From positions 1,888,001-1,952,000 of the forward strand of contig OY761611.1 of assembly GCA_963664875.1 (NCBI GenBank): 64,000 nt of DNA, given 5' to 3'. The translations under genes and the position numbers were made by a program. Origin of the DNA: Candidatus Kapaibacterium sp. (lineage in GTDB: Bacteria > Bacteroidota > Ignavibacteria > Kapaibacteriales > UBA2268). The notes under the pieces were generated by a model. The model was not told the DNA's origin and did not search any database. It worked only from the letters and a program-made list of their open reading frames with translations. Positions 28,967 to 39,710 of the stretch are shown piece by piece. Positions within the stretch are counted from its first letter, which is position 1; every line of letters begins with the position of its first letter.

Positions 28967-30175
28967 CTAAGCAACAATTCTTATAGAATCGTATTTGACA
29001 TAGACATTGCCGATAATTGGATCTTCCACTGTCATATTTAGAATTTTTTCTAAAAGTACATTATCCAATCTCGCTCCGGCAGAAACTATTTTGATACCTG
29101 ATTCGGTATAGATATTTCGAGTTATCACCATTCCCTGTTTCAAATCTTTCAATTTGATTGGGCTTTCCCTTTTGTCTCGGCTGTCTTTAGTTTTATATGC
29201 AAAATACTGATCGAAAAGTACCAACAATTTAAAATCATATAATCGGCGGGCTTCTTTTTCCAAAAGCTCAATTACTTTAATGTGCGGTTTTCCTGTTTTC
29301 ATCATTTCTTCGTAATCAAGCACAATTCTTAATATTCTCGCACCCAAAGGAATCTCCCAAGCTTTTTTGCCGGCGGGCATTCCTGTTCCGTCATAGTTTT
29401 CATAAATAGACGAGACAATATCTGTGGTCTCGGAAAAAATGGAAATGCTGCCAAGTATTTTAGCTACGTTTTCAGGAATAAGTTTCGCTTTGTCTCCATT
29501 TGGCATACCGTCTTTCATTGCCGGCATGTTCATATCTTTGGGGTCAAGCAACAAACGCCCTACCATAGAGACAGATGCCGCTTTAGCAATTTTTGCTGCT
29601 TCCTGCTCAGTCAATTTATTTGCTTGATTTGCTATCCAAACTGTAGATTCTGCAATCCTAAACATAGTTCCGTCATCATAACCAAGAAGCTGTTTCTGCT
29701 GATTATTCAGAAAGTTCACAAAACCTGATTCCAGCTCACCTGCAACTTTTTCAAGTTCATTTTGTTGAGCTTTCATTTTTATTTCTAAGCTAACTGTGTT
29801 GATAGCAATTCGGAGTTTACCTATTAAATAGTCCATACTTAGAGGTTTTACAAGGAAATCATTTGCCCCGCTCTGCAGCACCTTTAGGTTAATATCAGGG
29901 GTCTGTGCAGACGTCATAACCAAAGCATAACTATTCTGCAACTGCTCAAGTTTTTTATAATTTTTTATAATTTGAATTGCCCCTATTCTCGGAAGATTAG
30001 CATCGATAATGGCAACAAACATCCTTGTTTCTTTTTGCATCGCTTCCCACAAATCTTCCCCATCCGTAAACTTACGTATCGGAGAACTTGGGAATGCCTT
30101 TCCTATAATACCTGAAAGAGTATTTATTATACTCGCATTCTCGTCTGCTATATAAAATGGAATAGTAGATTGCAT
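28967..30175 (-). CDS. Response regulator (REC) fused to a degenerate HD-GYP domain
   Basis: REC (IADE, IID, MTS, KP), coiled linker, YENYDGTGMP...EIPLGARIL. Confidence 0.8.
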   Translation of the reverse strand: MQSTIPFYIADENASIINTLSGIIGKAFPSSPIRKFTDGEDLWEAMQKETRMFVAIIDANLPRIGAIQIIKNYKKLEQLQNSYALVMTSAQTPDINLKVLQSGANDFLVKPLSMDYLIGKLRIAINTVSLEIKMKAQQNELEKVAGELESGFVNFLNNQQKQLLGYDDGTMFRIAESTVWIANQANKLTEQEAAKIAKAASVSMVGRLLLDPKDMNMPAMKDGMPNGDKAKLIPENVAKILGSISIFSETTDIVSSIYENYDGTGMPAGKKAWEIPLGARILRIVLDYEEMMKTGKPHIKVIELLEKEARRLYDFKLLVLFDQYFAYKTKDSRDKRESPIKLKDLKQGMVITRNIYTESGIKIVSAGARLDNVLLEKILNMTVEDPIIGNVYVKYDSIRIVA

Positions 30176-30411
30176 TTCTTTTTTATAACTGTAAAACTGA
30201 CATATTTTGTGAACAACAATATAACTAAATAGAATAATTATTCCATTAGTAAAAATATCATTCTAGCTCTAATATCGTCTAAAACCGCTCTATACTTTAC
30301 TTTTAAAGACGAGTTGTTGAAAACTTTTATTTTCATTCTTGCTTCGCTACTATTGTGAATATTTGTAATTGCAGTATCACTAATACAACATAATTCCTGA
30401 TTTGTACCAAT

Positions 30412-30441
30412 AAAAAAATCCCGCAATTATTACGGGATTTT
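30412..30441 (-). terminator. Intrinsic terminator after manC
   Basis: AAAATCCCG...CGGGATTTT with an A-run on the + strand. Confidence 0.7.
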
Positions 30442-30480
30442 GTATTTTTGTTAAAATCACTTAAGTAAGTGCAGGTAGGA

Positions 30481-31602
30481 TTAAAGCCACTCTTCTCCGT
30501 ACTCATCTCTGATTTTTTCTACCTGTTTTTTGACATCCTGCACTCTATCCTTAGGGCAAATCATTAAAGCATCGCCGGTATCGACTACAACAATGTTGTC
30601 AAGCCCCATAATAGATATAATTTTATTATCGCCACTTTCATTCAATATAATAGAATCTTTAGTATCGATTAAAGATACTTTCCCGATACAAATATTATTG
30701 CTCTCGTCTGATTCATGTGTCCTGTGGAGACTATCCCATGAGCCAATGTCGTCCCAGCTGAAATCAGCTTTCGCTACGGAAACGCTGTCGGCTTTTTCCA
30801 TCAAACCAAAATCAATCGAAATGCTTGGGAATGCAGCAAACAAGGATTCAAGATTCCCTAATAAAGCATCATGAAATCGGGTTGTATGATGATTGAGTCT
30901 TGACTGCATATCAAGTATTTTGCTTCCTACTTCAGGCAAATGTTTTTCAAGCTGAGCATTAAAGTAGTCTAATCTCCAAAAGAACATTCCGCTATTCCAT
31001 AGGAAATTGCGGGCTTCTAAAAACTCCTGTGCTGTCTGTAGATTTGGTTTCTCGCGAAAGCGCTTCACATTCCGGATTTGGTTTGGCTGCAATGCCTCAC
31101 CCTCATACTCTATATAGCCATACCCTGTTTCCGGTCTGCTCGGAGTGATTCCTATGGTGCAAATTGTATCATTTTGCTCTACATATTCCATAGATGTTCT
31201 TACAGTATTGATAAACCCATCAGTAGGATAAATTCTCTGATCTGCTGTCAGCACAGCCACAGAGATTTTGTCAGGGGTAATACCTTCGTCATCGTAGCGA
31301 GCTGCAATAAAGGACGAAGCTAAAGCAAGACACGGAGCAGTATTCCGTTTCGCTGGTTCTGCCACTATGTTTTCAGGAGGCAAATCCGGCAAAGCGTTCC
31401 TCAAAGGTTCCAAAAGCATATAGCTTGTGATAATAAAAATGTCTTGAGCTGGTATCAAATCCCTGATTCTATCTATTGACTCCTGAATCATACTCTTATC
31501 TTTAGAGTTCAGATTCAACAGCTGCTTAGGTTTTCTTTTTCTGGAGAGTGGCCAAAATCTTTCACCTGTGCCACCTGCCATAATAACTGCTACTCTTTTC
31601 AT
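30481..31602 (-). CDS. manC: Mannose-1-phosphate guanylyltransferase
   Basis: MAGGTGERFWPLSR..PKQ, EPAKRNTAP, ETGYGYI, FREKP, WNSGMF, WDDIGSW. Confidence 0.94.
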   Translation of the reverse strand: MKRVAVIMAGGTGERFWPLSRKRKPKQLLNLNSKDKSMIQESIDRIRDLIPAQDIFIITSYMLLEPLRNALPDLPPENIVAEPAKRNTAPCLALASSFIAARYDDEGITPDKISVAVLTADQRIYPTDGFINTVRTSMEYVEQNDTICTIGITPSRPETGYGYIEYEGEALQPNQIRNVKRFREKPNLQTAQEFLEARNFLWNSGMFFWRLDYFNAQLEKHLPEVGSKILDMQSRLNHHTTRFHDALLGNLESLFAAFPSISIDFGLMEKADSVSVAKADFSWDDIGSWDSLHRTHESDESNNICIGKVSLIDTKDSIILNESGDNKIISIMGLDNIVVVDTGDALMICPKDRVQDVKKQVEKIRDEYGEEWL

Positions 31603-31639
31603 AAAATATCCGTTGTATTATAAGTCCATCCGGTATAAT

Positions 31640-32851
31640 CTATACCAAATCATATTCTGTAATTTTTCTATAAAGCGTTCTTTCGCTAATACCTAATTCT
31701 TTAGCAGCATTTCTTCTGTTGCCATGGTTGCGTGCTAAAGCCTTTTCTATCATTATTTTTTCTATTTCGTTTATAGTCTTGCTTTCCAGCTCCCCTGTGT
31801 AGTCATCCATTTGTGCTACGGGTTCTTCGAATCTATAAACAAATTCAGGTTCTTTTTCTTTAAGAACTGCAATTTCGTCATATATACCGGCTATAGATCT
31901 TTTAATATCCAAAACTTCAGACTTAATTTCAAGCAGAGTTCTAAATATTAAGCCAAGCTCTAAACTTGGAGTTTCGGGTTGCTCTTTTTCTACACGCACC
32001 ATCGCATTCTTGTCAGGCACAGGCAGCATTTTATGCTCAGGTAATGCAGCAGGAATATACTTGCGCAATATTTCAGGTGTAATAAACTCACCCTTTTCGA
32101 GGGTAACTATTGTTTCTGCCATATTTCGCAGCTCTCTGATATTGCCGGACCAATGCAGACTTTTTAATATACTTAGGGCATCACCGCCTATACCTTGGTA
32201 TTCTATACCGATTTTCCTTGTGACTTTTTCTGCAAAGTAATCAAAAAGTGCAGGAATATCTTCTCTATGCTCTCTGAGCGATGGCAATTCGATATGGACA
32301 GAATTCAGTCGGTAATACAAGTCCCTTCTGAAATCGCCTCTTTCTATCTGCTGCTCCAAATCGCGGTTAGTCGCAGCAATAACTCTAACATTAACCTGCC
32401 TTATTTCAGAGGAGCCAAGTCTTGAAAATTCCCCGCTTTCGAGTACTCTGAGAAGTTTTACCTGAGTGCCGAGTGGTATTTCACCTAACTCATCTAAAAA
32501 TATCGTGCCGTTGTGAGCAGACTCAAAAAAACCAAGTCTTTGATCAGAAGCCCCGGTAAAAGCTCCCTTTTCGTGCCCAAATAGCTCTGATTCGAGTAAT
32601 GTTTCGGGAATGGCAGCACAGTTTACCGAAATAAACGGTTTAGATTTACGGTTGCTGAGTGTGTGTATAGCATTGGCAAATACTTCCTTACCCGTTCCGG
32701 TCTCACCGGTAATTAAAACAGTCAAATCAGTAGGAGCTGCCTGCATAAGTTTCGCAATTACACGCTTCATCGGTGCAGAATCGCCAATAATACCGTAGCG
32801 AAGCTGCATAAGTTTATTTACATCTTTTTCTATTTTATTTCCGTAAATCAT
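31640..32851 (-). CDS. Sigma54-interacting AAA+ transcriptional activator with Fis HTH and no sensory domain
   Basis: GETGTGKE, ESELFGHEKGAFTGA, FLDE, AATNRDL, FRRDLYYRL, GNIREL, C-terminal HTH. Confidence 0.93.
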   Translation of the reverse strand: MIYGNKIEKDVNKLMQLRYGIIGDSAPMKRVIAKLMQAAPTDLTVLITGETGTGKEVFANAIHTLSNRKSKPFISVNCAAIPETLLESELFGHEKGAFTGASDQRLGFFESAHNGTIFLDELGEIPLGTQVKLLRVLESGEFSRLGSSEIRQVNVRVIAATNRDLEQQIERGDFRRDLYYRLNSVHIELPSLREHREDIPALFDYFAEKVTRKIGIEYQGIGGDALSILKSLHWSGNIRELRNMAETIVTLEKGEFITPEILRKYIPAALPEHKMLPVPDKNAMVRVEKEQPETPSLELGLIFRTLLEIKSEVLDIKRSIAGIYDEIAVLKEKEPEFVYRFEEPVAQMDDYTGELESKTINEIEKIMIEKALARNHGNRRNAAKELGISERTLYRKITEYDLV

Positions 32852-32861
32852 ATTGATTTTG

Positions 32862-33368
32862 CTATTTATTCAAATTTTGTTTCTGCGACCATTCTTCCCA
32901 TCCACCTATATAGAGAAAGATTTTTTCTATTCCCATCTGCTGTAAAGTCTCTGCCACAGAATGGCTCAGATCGCATGCACCACCGTCGCAATACACTACT
33001 ATGGTTTTGTCGTAAGGTACTTCCTGCAAAGCCATCATATAGCGGTCTTCGTCCCAATACGGATAAATATTTATTGCATTTCCAATATGAGACTCCTGAT
33101 ACATATCTTCCAATCGAGCATCTATCAGGAAAAAATCAGGATGGTCAACTATCTTCTTCATCTGCTCAAAATTAACTTCAAGCAACTCTCCGGCTTTTGC
33201 TTCCGGTATTTTCTCATTATTTGTATTAAACAGAGTGCTGTCTGTTACTTCATGCTTTTCTTTGAACCATGGAAGAGCTTTGCCGGTGGGCAATAGAGAA
33301 TTATAAGAAATCCCCGTAAGTATAGCCAAAATCACTATAAATAGAGCTTGTTTTAGGTGTTTTATCAT
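32862..33368 (-). CDS. Membrane-anchored rhodanese-like protein
   Basis: IDAR, HIGNAINI, VVYC, GGWEEW, N-terminal TM helix. Confidence 0.85.
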   Translation of the reverse strand: MIKHLKQALFIVILAILTGISYNSLLPTGKALPWFKEKHEVTDSTLFNTNNEKIPEAKAGELLEVNFEQMKKIVDHPDFFLIDARLEDMYQESHIGNAINIYPYWDEDRYMMALQEVPYDKTIVVYCDGGACDLSHSVAETLQQMGIEKIFLYIGGWEEWSQKQNLNK

Positions 33369-33370
33369 AT

Positions 33371-33793
33371 CTATATCGAATATTTTTCTCTAAAAAAATT
33401 ATAAGCAGCATTTATAGCTGATGTTTTTTCTTTTGCTAAAGCCTGCAAATCCTTGCCCAGAGTGGCTACTTTATCAGGGTGGTACTCTTTTATAAGTTTT
33501 TTATACGCAGCTTTGATTTCGTCAGGAGTTGCGTTAGTATTTATTTCCAGAATTTTAGCTGCTAAAAATATATCCATTTTTTTTGAAGAATCAAAGCTTT
33601 CTTCAGTCTTTTTCTGTTCTTTGTCTGATTTCGAACTGCCCGAATCCCGGTTTAATTCATCGATAGCTTTTTTCAAATCTTCATCTGCGTCTATATCAGC
33701 CATTCCGGACATTTGATAAGAGTCCTGCACATCCGAAAACTTTGCCTTAGCAATTCTGGAGATTCTGTTAAATATTTGTCCCATTATACTCAA
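33371..33793 (-). CDS. J-domain protein (DjlA C-terminal-like)
   Basis: EIKAAYKKL.KEYHPDK...INAAY. Confidence 0.85.
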   Translation of the reverse strand: MSIMGQIFNRISRIAKAKFSDVQDSYQMSGMADIDADEDLKKAIDELNRDSGSSKSDKEQKKTEESFDSSKKMDIFLAAKILEINTNATPDEIKAAYKKLIKEYHPDKVATLGKDLQALAKEKTSAINAAYNFFREKYSI

Positions 33794-33854
33794 ATATAGT
33801 GAGTTAAAGAATTTATTGTCTGCATTAACTACGAATAGAACCGCAAAATAGTTA

Positions 33855-34421
33855 CTAAATAAACTCTAAATGTTCTGCTACAATTTTCGATCCTATGATA
33901 AAAAGCACGATGCCACCCACAATCGCCATCTTATCACCAAATTTAGAAGAAAATACTTCACCGGCTCTGATACCAATAAGAGACATGGCAGCTGCCACAA
34001 TTCCTATAACCAAGCTCGGCAATAATATTTTACCTTCCATTATGCCTATGCTAAAACCTACCGCCAGAGCATCGATACTCGTTCCAACAGCCAGAGCCAT
34101 CAAAGACCAGCCTTTAGAAATATCTTTGTTCACTTTCTCCTCTTCGCCCGAAACGCCCTCATAAATCATTTTTCCGCCAATTATTGCCAAAAGAAAGAAG
34201 GCAACCCAATGGTCGAAATCTTTAATGTAACTAACTACTGTAGCTCCGGCAAACCAGCCTAATATAGGCATCATACCCTGAAACAATCCAAAATGAAAAG
34301 ACAGCCTAAATTTCTGCCTCCCTGTAGCCTTTTTAAAATACGACCCTGCAGCTACAGAAACCGCAAATGCATCTAAAGCCAGTGAAAAGGCTATCAGAAA
34401 CACTACTAGTAAATCTGACAT
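33855..34421 (-). CDS. mntP: Manganese efflux pump MntP
   Basis: LALDAFAVS, FGLFQGMMP, DHWVAF, TSIDALAVG. Confidence 0.92.
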   Translation of the reverse strand: MSDLLVVFLIAFSLALDAFAVSVAAGSYFKKATGRQKFRLSFHFGLFQGMMPILGWFAGATVVSYIKDFDHWVAFFLLAIIGGKMIYEGVSGEEEKVNKDISKGWSLMALAVGTSIDALAVGFSIGIMEGKILLPSLVIGIVAAAMSLIGIRAGEVFSSKFGDKMAIVGGIVLFIIGSKIVAEHLEFI

Positions 34422-34441
34422 TGTAAAAATCCTAAGTGATA

Positions 34442-36892
34442 TTATAGTTTTTTCCCGATACTAAAATAAAACAAAGTAGGACCTTTTACAACGCCATTCG
34501 GATTTTCTCTAAAATAAAAGCTTTTACCGAGAGAAAATGATGCCGGGCCAATTGGAGTATCAAAAGACAAATCTAAGCCAACACCGTGCCTGAAATTGTC
34601 TAATTTCATCTCTTCAGGTACTTCCCATATACTACCAATGTCGTAGCGTACTGACAGATAAGTATCAAAAACTAATGCGAATGGTGATTTAATTCTATAA
34701 ACCAAGCCACCGGCAAGCATCTGTCTGCCACGTCGCTCTTGTGCTCTAAAACCGGAAAAATCACCCTGACCTCCAAGTTCAAAAAATTCTGCAACGGGCA
34801 ACGTCTTATCGGCTATCCCAAACCTAATGGATGGCTCTACGGTGTGAGCTCCCCATGAATACACCGCAGAATTTTGCAGACTTACCTTCGAAAAGCTTGC
34901 TCTGTCTTGCGTAGGGAGGAATGTAGTCTCAAGTGATATATTGAGGAAGTGTCCTTTGGTTGGGAAATCAATGTTATCCCTATTGTCAAACAAAGTCCCA
35001 ATATTGATAGTAGATAGCGAAATATATTTTGGCTTATTGCTTGTGGTATCGATGTAACTTCTCTGCCTCTCAAATCTTGTGGTAACTCCCACAAACCCAT
35101 CTTTATCTATCTGCGAGCCTATGCCTGCTTCAAATCCAAATCTATGTTCTTTAGTAATAGTTCCCACCTCGCTGTCGAAAAGAAATTTTTCCTCAAGTTG
35201 GCTCGAAACATAGTTATTGTAAGACCTGCTTTTAGTATATGCTGTCATGTTTACGCTAAGCATGGTATTCCAGATTCGCGGATTGTCGAAAGAAAGCTGA
35301 TATTTCAAATCTTTATTTCCTACAACTATTCCCGAATTAAAAATAAATCCCCAGTTAAACAAATTCAAATGCCTAAAATCAGCAGAGACTCTGGTGTTCC
35401 TTTCGTCATCTATTCTGACACCAAGCCTCAGATTTTGGCGTGGTTTAGGGCGTACCTTGATATATACATCTGCGCCTTTTCCTTCGTTGGAGCGTTTAGC
35501 GTCTATGACCACATGGTCGAAAAGCTCGTTTGTTATCAAATTTCTCCATGCTATTGTAAGCATTTCGCTGTTGATAATATTTCCCTTTCTGAAAGGTATA
35601 TCTCTCATTATCAAAAAATCGCTTGTTTCAGGGTTGCCTGTTATTTCAATCTTGTTGATTCGCCCCGGGTCAATCTCTATCTTTAAAACTTTAGATTGGT
35701 CATCCCAAAAAGCACGAAAAACTGAAGCAAAAGAAAATCCGCGTTTTCTGCAAATTTTAAGAACACTTTCAGTAATTTTGCGGTAAAGCTCTACATCAAA
35801 AGTCTTATGATAATATTCAGAAAAGTTTTCTGATTTGAAAAGCTCTGTATCAGGACAGCCAAGTATCTCAATTTTTGACAACAGCTCGTAGGTAGTATTA
35901 TCCGGTTCTGTTGACTCCAGCTTTGCCAATATCTCCGGAATATACTTCTTTGCCTCGTTGTAGCCAATCTCAACCAGAGTATCAAGATTAGAAAAATCCA
36001 TACTGTTGTGGTAATCTATCGGAGGCCTAATCATAAATTCTGATTTGTTCAAAGCAGTGTCGCTAAACACTTTCATAGCCACAGATATAGACTGATCCGC
36101 CAAATTCCAGGCATTATCCAGCTCTTCGTAGTTGTGCAAAGGCGAGATAGTATTGACAGCGATGGTCAAATCAGGAGAAAACTTTGCGGCATGCTCTATC
36201 GGAATATTAGATAAAATCCCACCATCTACCAATATCATCGAATCAATTCTTACAGGGGAAAACCTCAAAGGCACCGCCGAGCTTGCTTCAACAGCAGAAA
36301 CAATATCCCCTCTGTCTAAAGCAATGGACTTGCCGCTTACCAAATCAGTAGCTACAGCCCTATAAATGTATTTCAAATTATTAAAATTGCCGTCGGTGTG
36401 GTAAAGAGCATTCCAAAACAAGGTCTGCAAAAATTCTCTGTATTTTTCGCTTCCTGCCACTGCCTCAGGAACTACAAGACTCAAATCATCAAAATATAGA
36501 GTCAGGATGCTCCTATCCTCTATTTTCTTTTGGTCTAAAAACAAATCCTTACGCTTTGAGTTGTCAGCTATCGATCTAATATCACTCCAATTCGCACGGC
36601 AGATAATAGAATCCAAGTCTTTTGCCGAGTAACCGGAAGCATACAATGCTCCAACTATAGAGCCGATACTTGTACCAATAACATAGTCAGGGTAAATTCC
36701 GTTTTCTTCCAATGCCTTTAGCACACCAATTTGTGCAGCACCTCGAGCTCCGCCACCACTAAGCACATAAGCAATTTTTTGTTGATGTCTGCCGGCTCGT
36801 ATAAAATACTCTTCGATTGGTATGTTTTCAGCATTTGCAACACAAGCAAAGAAAGACACAAAAAGCAATATCAAAAGATTTCTATACATCAA
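34442..36892 (-). CDS. Patatin-like phospholipase with POTRA and Omp85-type barrel (PlpD/type Vd-like)
   Basis: LSGGGARG, GTSIG, DGG, POTRA-like IEITGNPET, C-terminal DTPIGP...YFSIG. Confidence 0.88.
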   Translation of the reverse strand: MMYRNLLILLFVSFFACVANAENIPIEEYFIRAGRHQQKIAYVLSGGGARGAAQIGVLKALEENGIYPDYVIGTSIGSIVGALYASGYSAKDLDSIICRANWSDIRSIADNSKRKDLFLDQKKIEDRSILTLYFDDLSLVVPEAVAGSEKYREFLQTLFWNALYHTDGNFNNLKYIYRAVATDLVSGKSIALDRGDIVSAVEASSAVPLRFSPVRIDSMILVDGGILSNIPIEHAAKFSPDLTIAVNTISPLHNYEELDNAWNLADQSISVAMKVFSDTALNKSEFMIRPPIDYHNSMDFSNLDTLVEIGYNEAKKYIPEILAKLESTEPDNTTYELLSKIEILGCPDTELFKSENFSEYYHKTFDVELYRKITESVLKICRKRGFSFASVFRAFWDDQSKVLKIEIDPGRINKIEITGNPETSDFLIMRDIPFRKGNIINSEMLTIAWRNLITNELFDHVVIDAKRSNEGKGADVYIKVRPKPRQNLRLGVRIDDERNTRVSADFRHLNLFNWGFIFNSGIVVGNKDLKYQLSFDNPRIWNTMLSVNMTAYTKSRSYNNYVSSQLEEKFLFDSEVGTITKEHRFGFEAGIGSQIDKDGFVGVTTRFERQRSYIDTTSNKPKYISLSTINIGTLFDNRDNIDFPTKGHFLNISLETTFLPTQDRASFSKVSLQNSAVYSWGAHTVEPSIRFGIADKTLPVAEFFELGGQGDFSGFRAQERRGRQMLAGGLVYRIKSPFALVFDTYLSVRYDIGSIWEVPEEMKLDNFRHGVGLDLSFDTPIGPASFSLGKSFYFRENPNGVVKGPTLFYFSIGKKL

Positions 36893-37158
36893 AGCCTTTC
36901 AAATTCTTCAAATTGTATTTCTTCATCCAAATACTCAGCATAGCAATGCTTCACATAGCTTCTTTCAGGCCCTTTTTGAAGATAGTTGTGCAACTCCCTA
37001 AGAGCTGCCAATTCCCCTGTAGCAAAAACATTTACACTACCATCAGGCATATTTTTTGCATATCCGGTAAGTCCCAAAGAGTTTGCTTTTCGCACAGTAA
37101 AAAAACGAAAACCTACCCCCTGCACTAATCCCGTAATTTCAAATCTTGCTGTCGGCAT
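36889..37158 (-). CDS. acyP: Acylphosphatase
   Basis: GLVQGVGFR, GYAKNMPDGSV, GP. Confidence 0.93.
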   Translation of the reverse strand: MPTARFEITGLVQGVGFRFFTVRKANSLGLTGYAKNMPDGSVNVFATGELAALRELHNYLQKGPERSYVKHCYAEYLDEEIQFEEFERL

Positions 37159-37164
37159 ATTTTT

Positions 37165-37722
37165 TTATCTCGAATAAACAATTGAATCAGCAATTTCTTT
37201 TGCTTTTTCTTTGGTAAACAATATCTCAATAAGTTTGAGGGCAAAATCAAAAGCCGTACCCGCACCTCTACTTGTAATCATTTTGCCATGCATCACTGAC
37301 AAAGAATCCTCAGTATAGACTCCATTTCTTATTTTATCTTTCACAGAAGGATGTGAAGTTATCAAAGCATCTTCATGAATCAATCTATGATCTGAAAATA
37401 TCATTGGCGCAGCACATATTGCAGCATAATACTTATTATTAGCTACATGGCGTTCCAATATTTCAACAAAGTGCTCATGATTGGTCAAATTTTCAGTCCC
37501 TCCAAGTCCACCGGGCACAACGATAGCATCCCAATCATCATCTAAGTCCAATTCATCAATTAGCACATCAGGTAATATTTTAATGCCTCGAGAGCAAACA
37601 ACAATCTCTTTATCGCCGGCTACAGTCAAATCTGCACCTGCTCTTCGGAGCATATCAGCAATAATAGTAAATTCCATTTCTTCTGTGCCTTTTGCAATAG
37701 GCACTAATATTTTGCATTTCAT
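37165..37722 (-). CDS. DJ-1/PfpI family (YajL/ThiJ-like) protein
   Basis: EEME, LRRAG, VPGG, AICAAP, ITSRGAGTA. Confidence 0.9.
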   Translation of the reverse strand: MKCKILVPIAKGTEEMEFTIIADMLRRAGADLTVAGDKEIVVCSRGIKILPDVLIDELDLDDDWDAIVVPGGLGGTENLTNHEHFVEILERHVANNKYYAAICAAPMIFSDHRLIHEDALITSHPSVKDKIRNGVYTEDSLSVMHGKMITSRGAGTAFDFALKLIEILFTKEKAKEIADSIVYSR

Positions 37723-38250
37723 AAAACAATGAAGGGTAAATGAGCAAAAATAATAACTGCAAGGTATATATTTTTCAACTCATTTAAAAGAAAATTAGTA
37801 GTTTTACTTATAATCACAGCAAGGTAAGTATCTCAAGGCACCGGCGATAAAAAGCAATTTGCAATTTGTTTACCAGTAGGCGCTATTAAAAAGAAAGGGA
37901 AGACACCTCTCCCCTAATATAATTACACCGACTACAAATCTGTTTTTCTTACTATATGAGAACTTTTTACACCTCAACCAAGGCTTCTAATTCTGCAAGC
38001 CAGAGATTGAATATGGGGCAATCACACAACCGGGCATATTTTGATTCACACCCAGCTATTTTTCAATAATTTCTAAACTTTCCTCTTGTGATAATGCTGA
38101 GGAGTCGTAATAGGGGTTCATTAGCTTTCTGGCAGCTATTGAAAAGAACCGGAGATCCGAGTTTGTTTCAATAAAAAAAGCTACCCGATAAACATATTAT
38201 ATGATATAACAGGCAGCTTAACTTATCTATTAGTTTAAGTATCTAAATTC

Positions 38251-39708
38251 TTACTTCTCTGGAGTATTTTTGATAATTTCTACCAAAAGATCCCAGCATT
38301 TAGCTGTAGAAGAAATTTGGATTTTTTCGTCAGGTGAGTGAACGTCTTCCAAATTTGGTCCGAAAGAAAGCATATCCATATTCGGATATTTTTCGCCAAT
38401 TAGTCCACATTCCAAACCGGCATGAATTGCTTCAATAACAGGCTTATTGCCGTATTTTTCTTCATAAATTTTAGCAGCTTGTTGCAAGATAGGACTATTG
38501 ATATTTGGTTCCCAAGCAGGGTAACCATCACCAACAGAAACAACAGCACCACCGGCTTCCATCGCCAATTTTACTTTATAGCCCAAATCACGCTTTTCAG
38601 AATCCACAGAGGATCTTTGGCTTGTAAGCATATACACCTCGTCTTCGTGAGTTTCTACAATAGCCATATTTGTAGATGTCTGCACTAAACCGGCAATATC
38701 AGGGCTCATTCTATAAACACCGTGAGGCATCAAATAGAAAGAACGAAGGATATTATTCTGGAAATTAGCAGTCCAAACTTTTGCAGGCATAGCAGCTTCT
38801 TCTACAAACACAGTCAAACCCGGCTCTTTTGATTTATATTCATTGAAGAGAGTTTCGCCAAACTGTTTTACGTAAGCATTAAAATCAGCTACTGCTGCAT
38901 CAGAAACTACAACTGTTGCAAAAGCTTCGCGAGGAATAGCATTGTGTTTATTGCCACTGTTGAAATCAGCTATGCGTACATTCAATTTGTCAGACAAATT
39001 AGCAAGCAAACGAGTCATAAATTTAGCAGCATTGCCACGTCCATCGTGTATTTCGATACCGGAGTGTCCGCCACGAAGACCTTTGATAACTAATTTGAAT
39101 GCTTTGCCACCAGCCGGAGCTTCAGCTTCAATTTTGTAGCTACCCATTGTGTTCAAGCCTCCGGCACAGCCGATAGTGAACGCACCATCTTCTTCAGAGT
39201 CAAGGTTAATAAGGATTTGACCTTTAAGCAAGGTTTCAGACAAACCAAGCACACCGGTCATGCCTGTTTCTTCATCAAGAGTGCAAAGCACTTCCAAATC
39301 AGGATGCGCAATATCAGTAGATTCTAAAAGAGCCATACCCATAGCTACGCCAATACCATTGTCCGCACCAAGAGTCGTTCCTTTTGCTTTTACCCAATCG
39401 CCATCAATCCATACTTGAATACCATCATTATCAAAATCAAACTCTACATCAGCATTTTTTTCACAAACCATATCCACGTGCCCCTGCACAGTGATAGGTC
39501 TGCGATTTTCCATACCCGGAGTAGCAGGCTTACGCATAACGAAGTTACCCGCTTCGTCTTTTTCTACCTCGATATTTCTTTCTTTAGCCCAATTTAAAAG
39601 GGCTTCGACCAATTTATCTTCTTTTTTAGATGGATGCGGATAATTGCAAATGAATTCGAAATTTCTCCAAACAGCATTTGGTTCTAAGTGACCTAATACA
39701 CTAGCCAT
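38251..39708 (-). CDS. pepD: Aminoacyl-histidine dipeptidase (M20)
   Basis: QGHVDMV, TTLGADNGIG, DEETGM, NLDSE, GGHSG, HAGLECG, HSPDE. Confidence 0.95.
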   Translation of the reverse strand: MASVLGHLEPNAVWRNFEFICNYPHPSKKEDKLVEALLNWAKERNIEVEKDEAGNFVMRKPATPGMENRRPITVQGHVDMVCEKNADVEFDFDNDGIQVWIDGDWVKAKGTTLGADNGIGVAMGMALLESTDIAHPDLEVLCTLDEETGMTGVLGLSETLLKGQILINLDSEEDGAFTIGCAGGLNTMGSYKIEAEAPAGGKAFKLVIKGLRGGHSGIEIHDGRGNAAKFMTRLLANLSDKLNVRIADFNSGNKHNAIPREAFATVVVSDAAVADFNAYVKQFGETLFNEYKSKEPGLTVFVEEAAMPAKVWTANFQNNILRSFYLMPHGVYRMSPDIAGLVQTSTNMAIVETHEDEVYMLTSQRSSVDSEKRDLGYKVKLAMEAGGAVVSVGDGYPAWEPNINSPILQQAAKIYEEKYGNKPVIEAIHAGLECGLIGEKYPNMDMLSFGPNLEDVHSPDEKIQISSTAKCWDLLVEIIKNTPEK

Positions 39709-39710
39709 AA

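Noticed and set aside
28940-28970. tRNA suggested by GGTTCGATCC
   Set aside because: No acceptor, D or anticodon stems can be formed around it.
30238-30426. 62 aa ORF between manC and the response regulator
   Set aside because: Starts inside the manC terminator, has no SD or motif, and is probably promoter DNA.
37967-38160. Pseudogene remnant on the minus strand (…CPIFNLWLAELEALVEV*, faintly DUF4276-like)
   Set aside because: Too short and interrupted to support a family call by eye.
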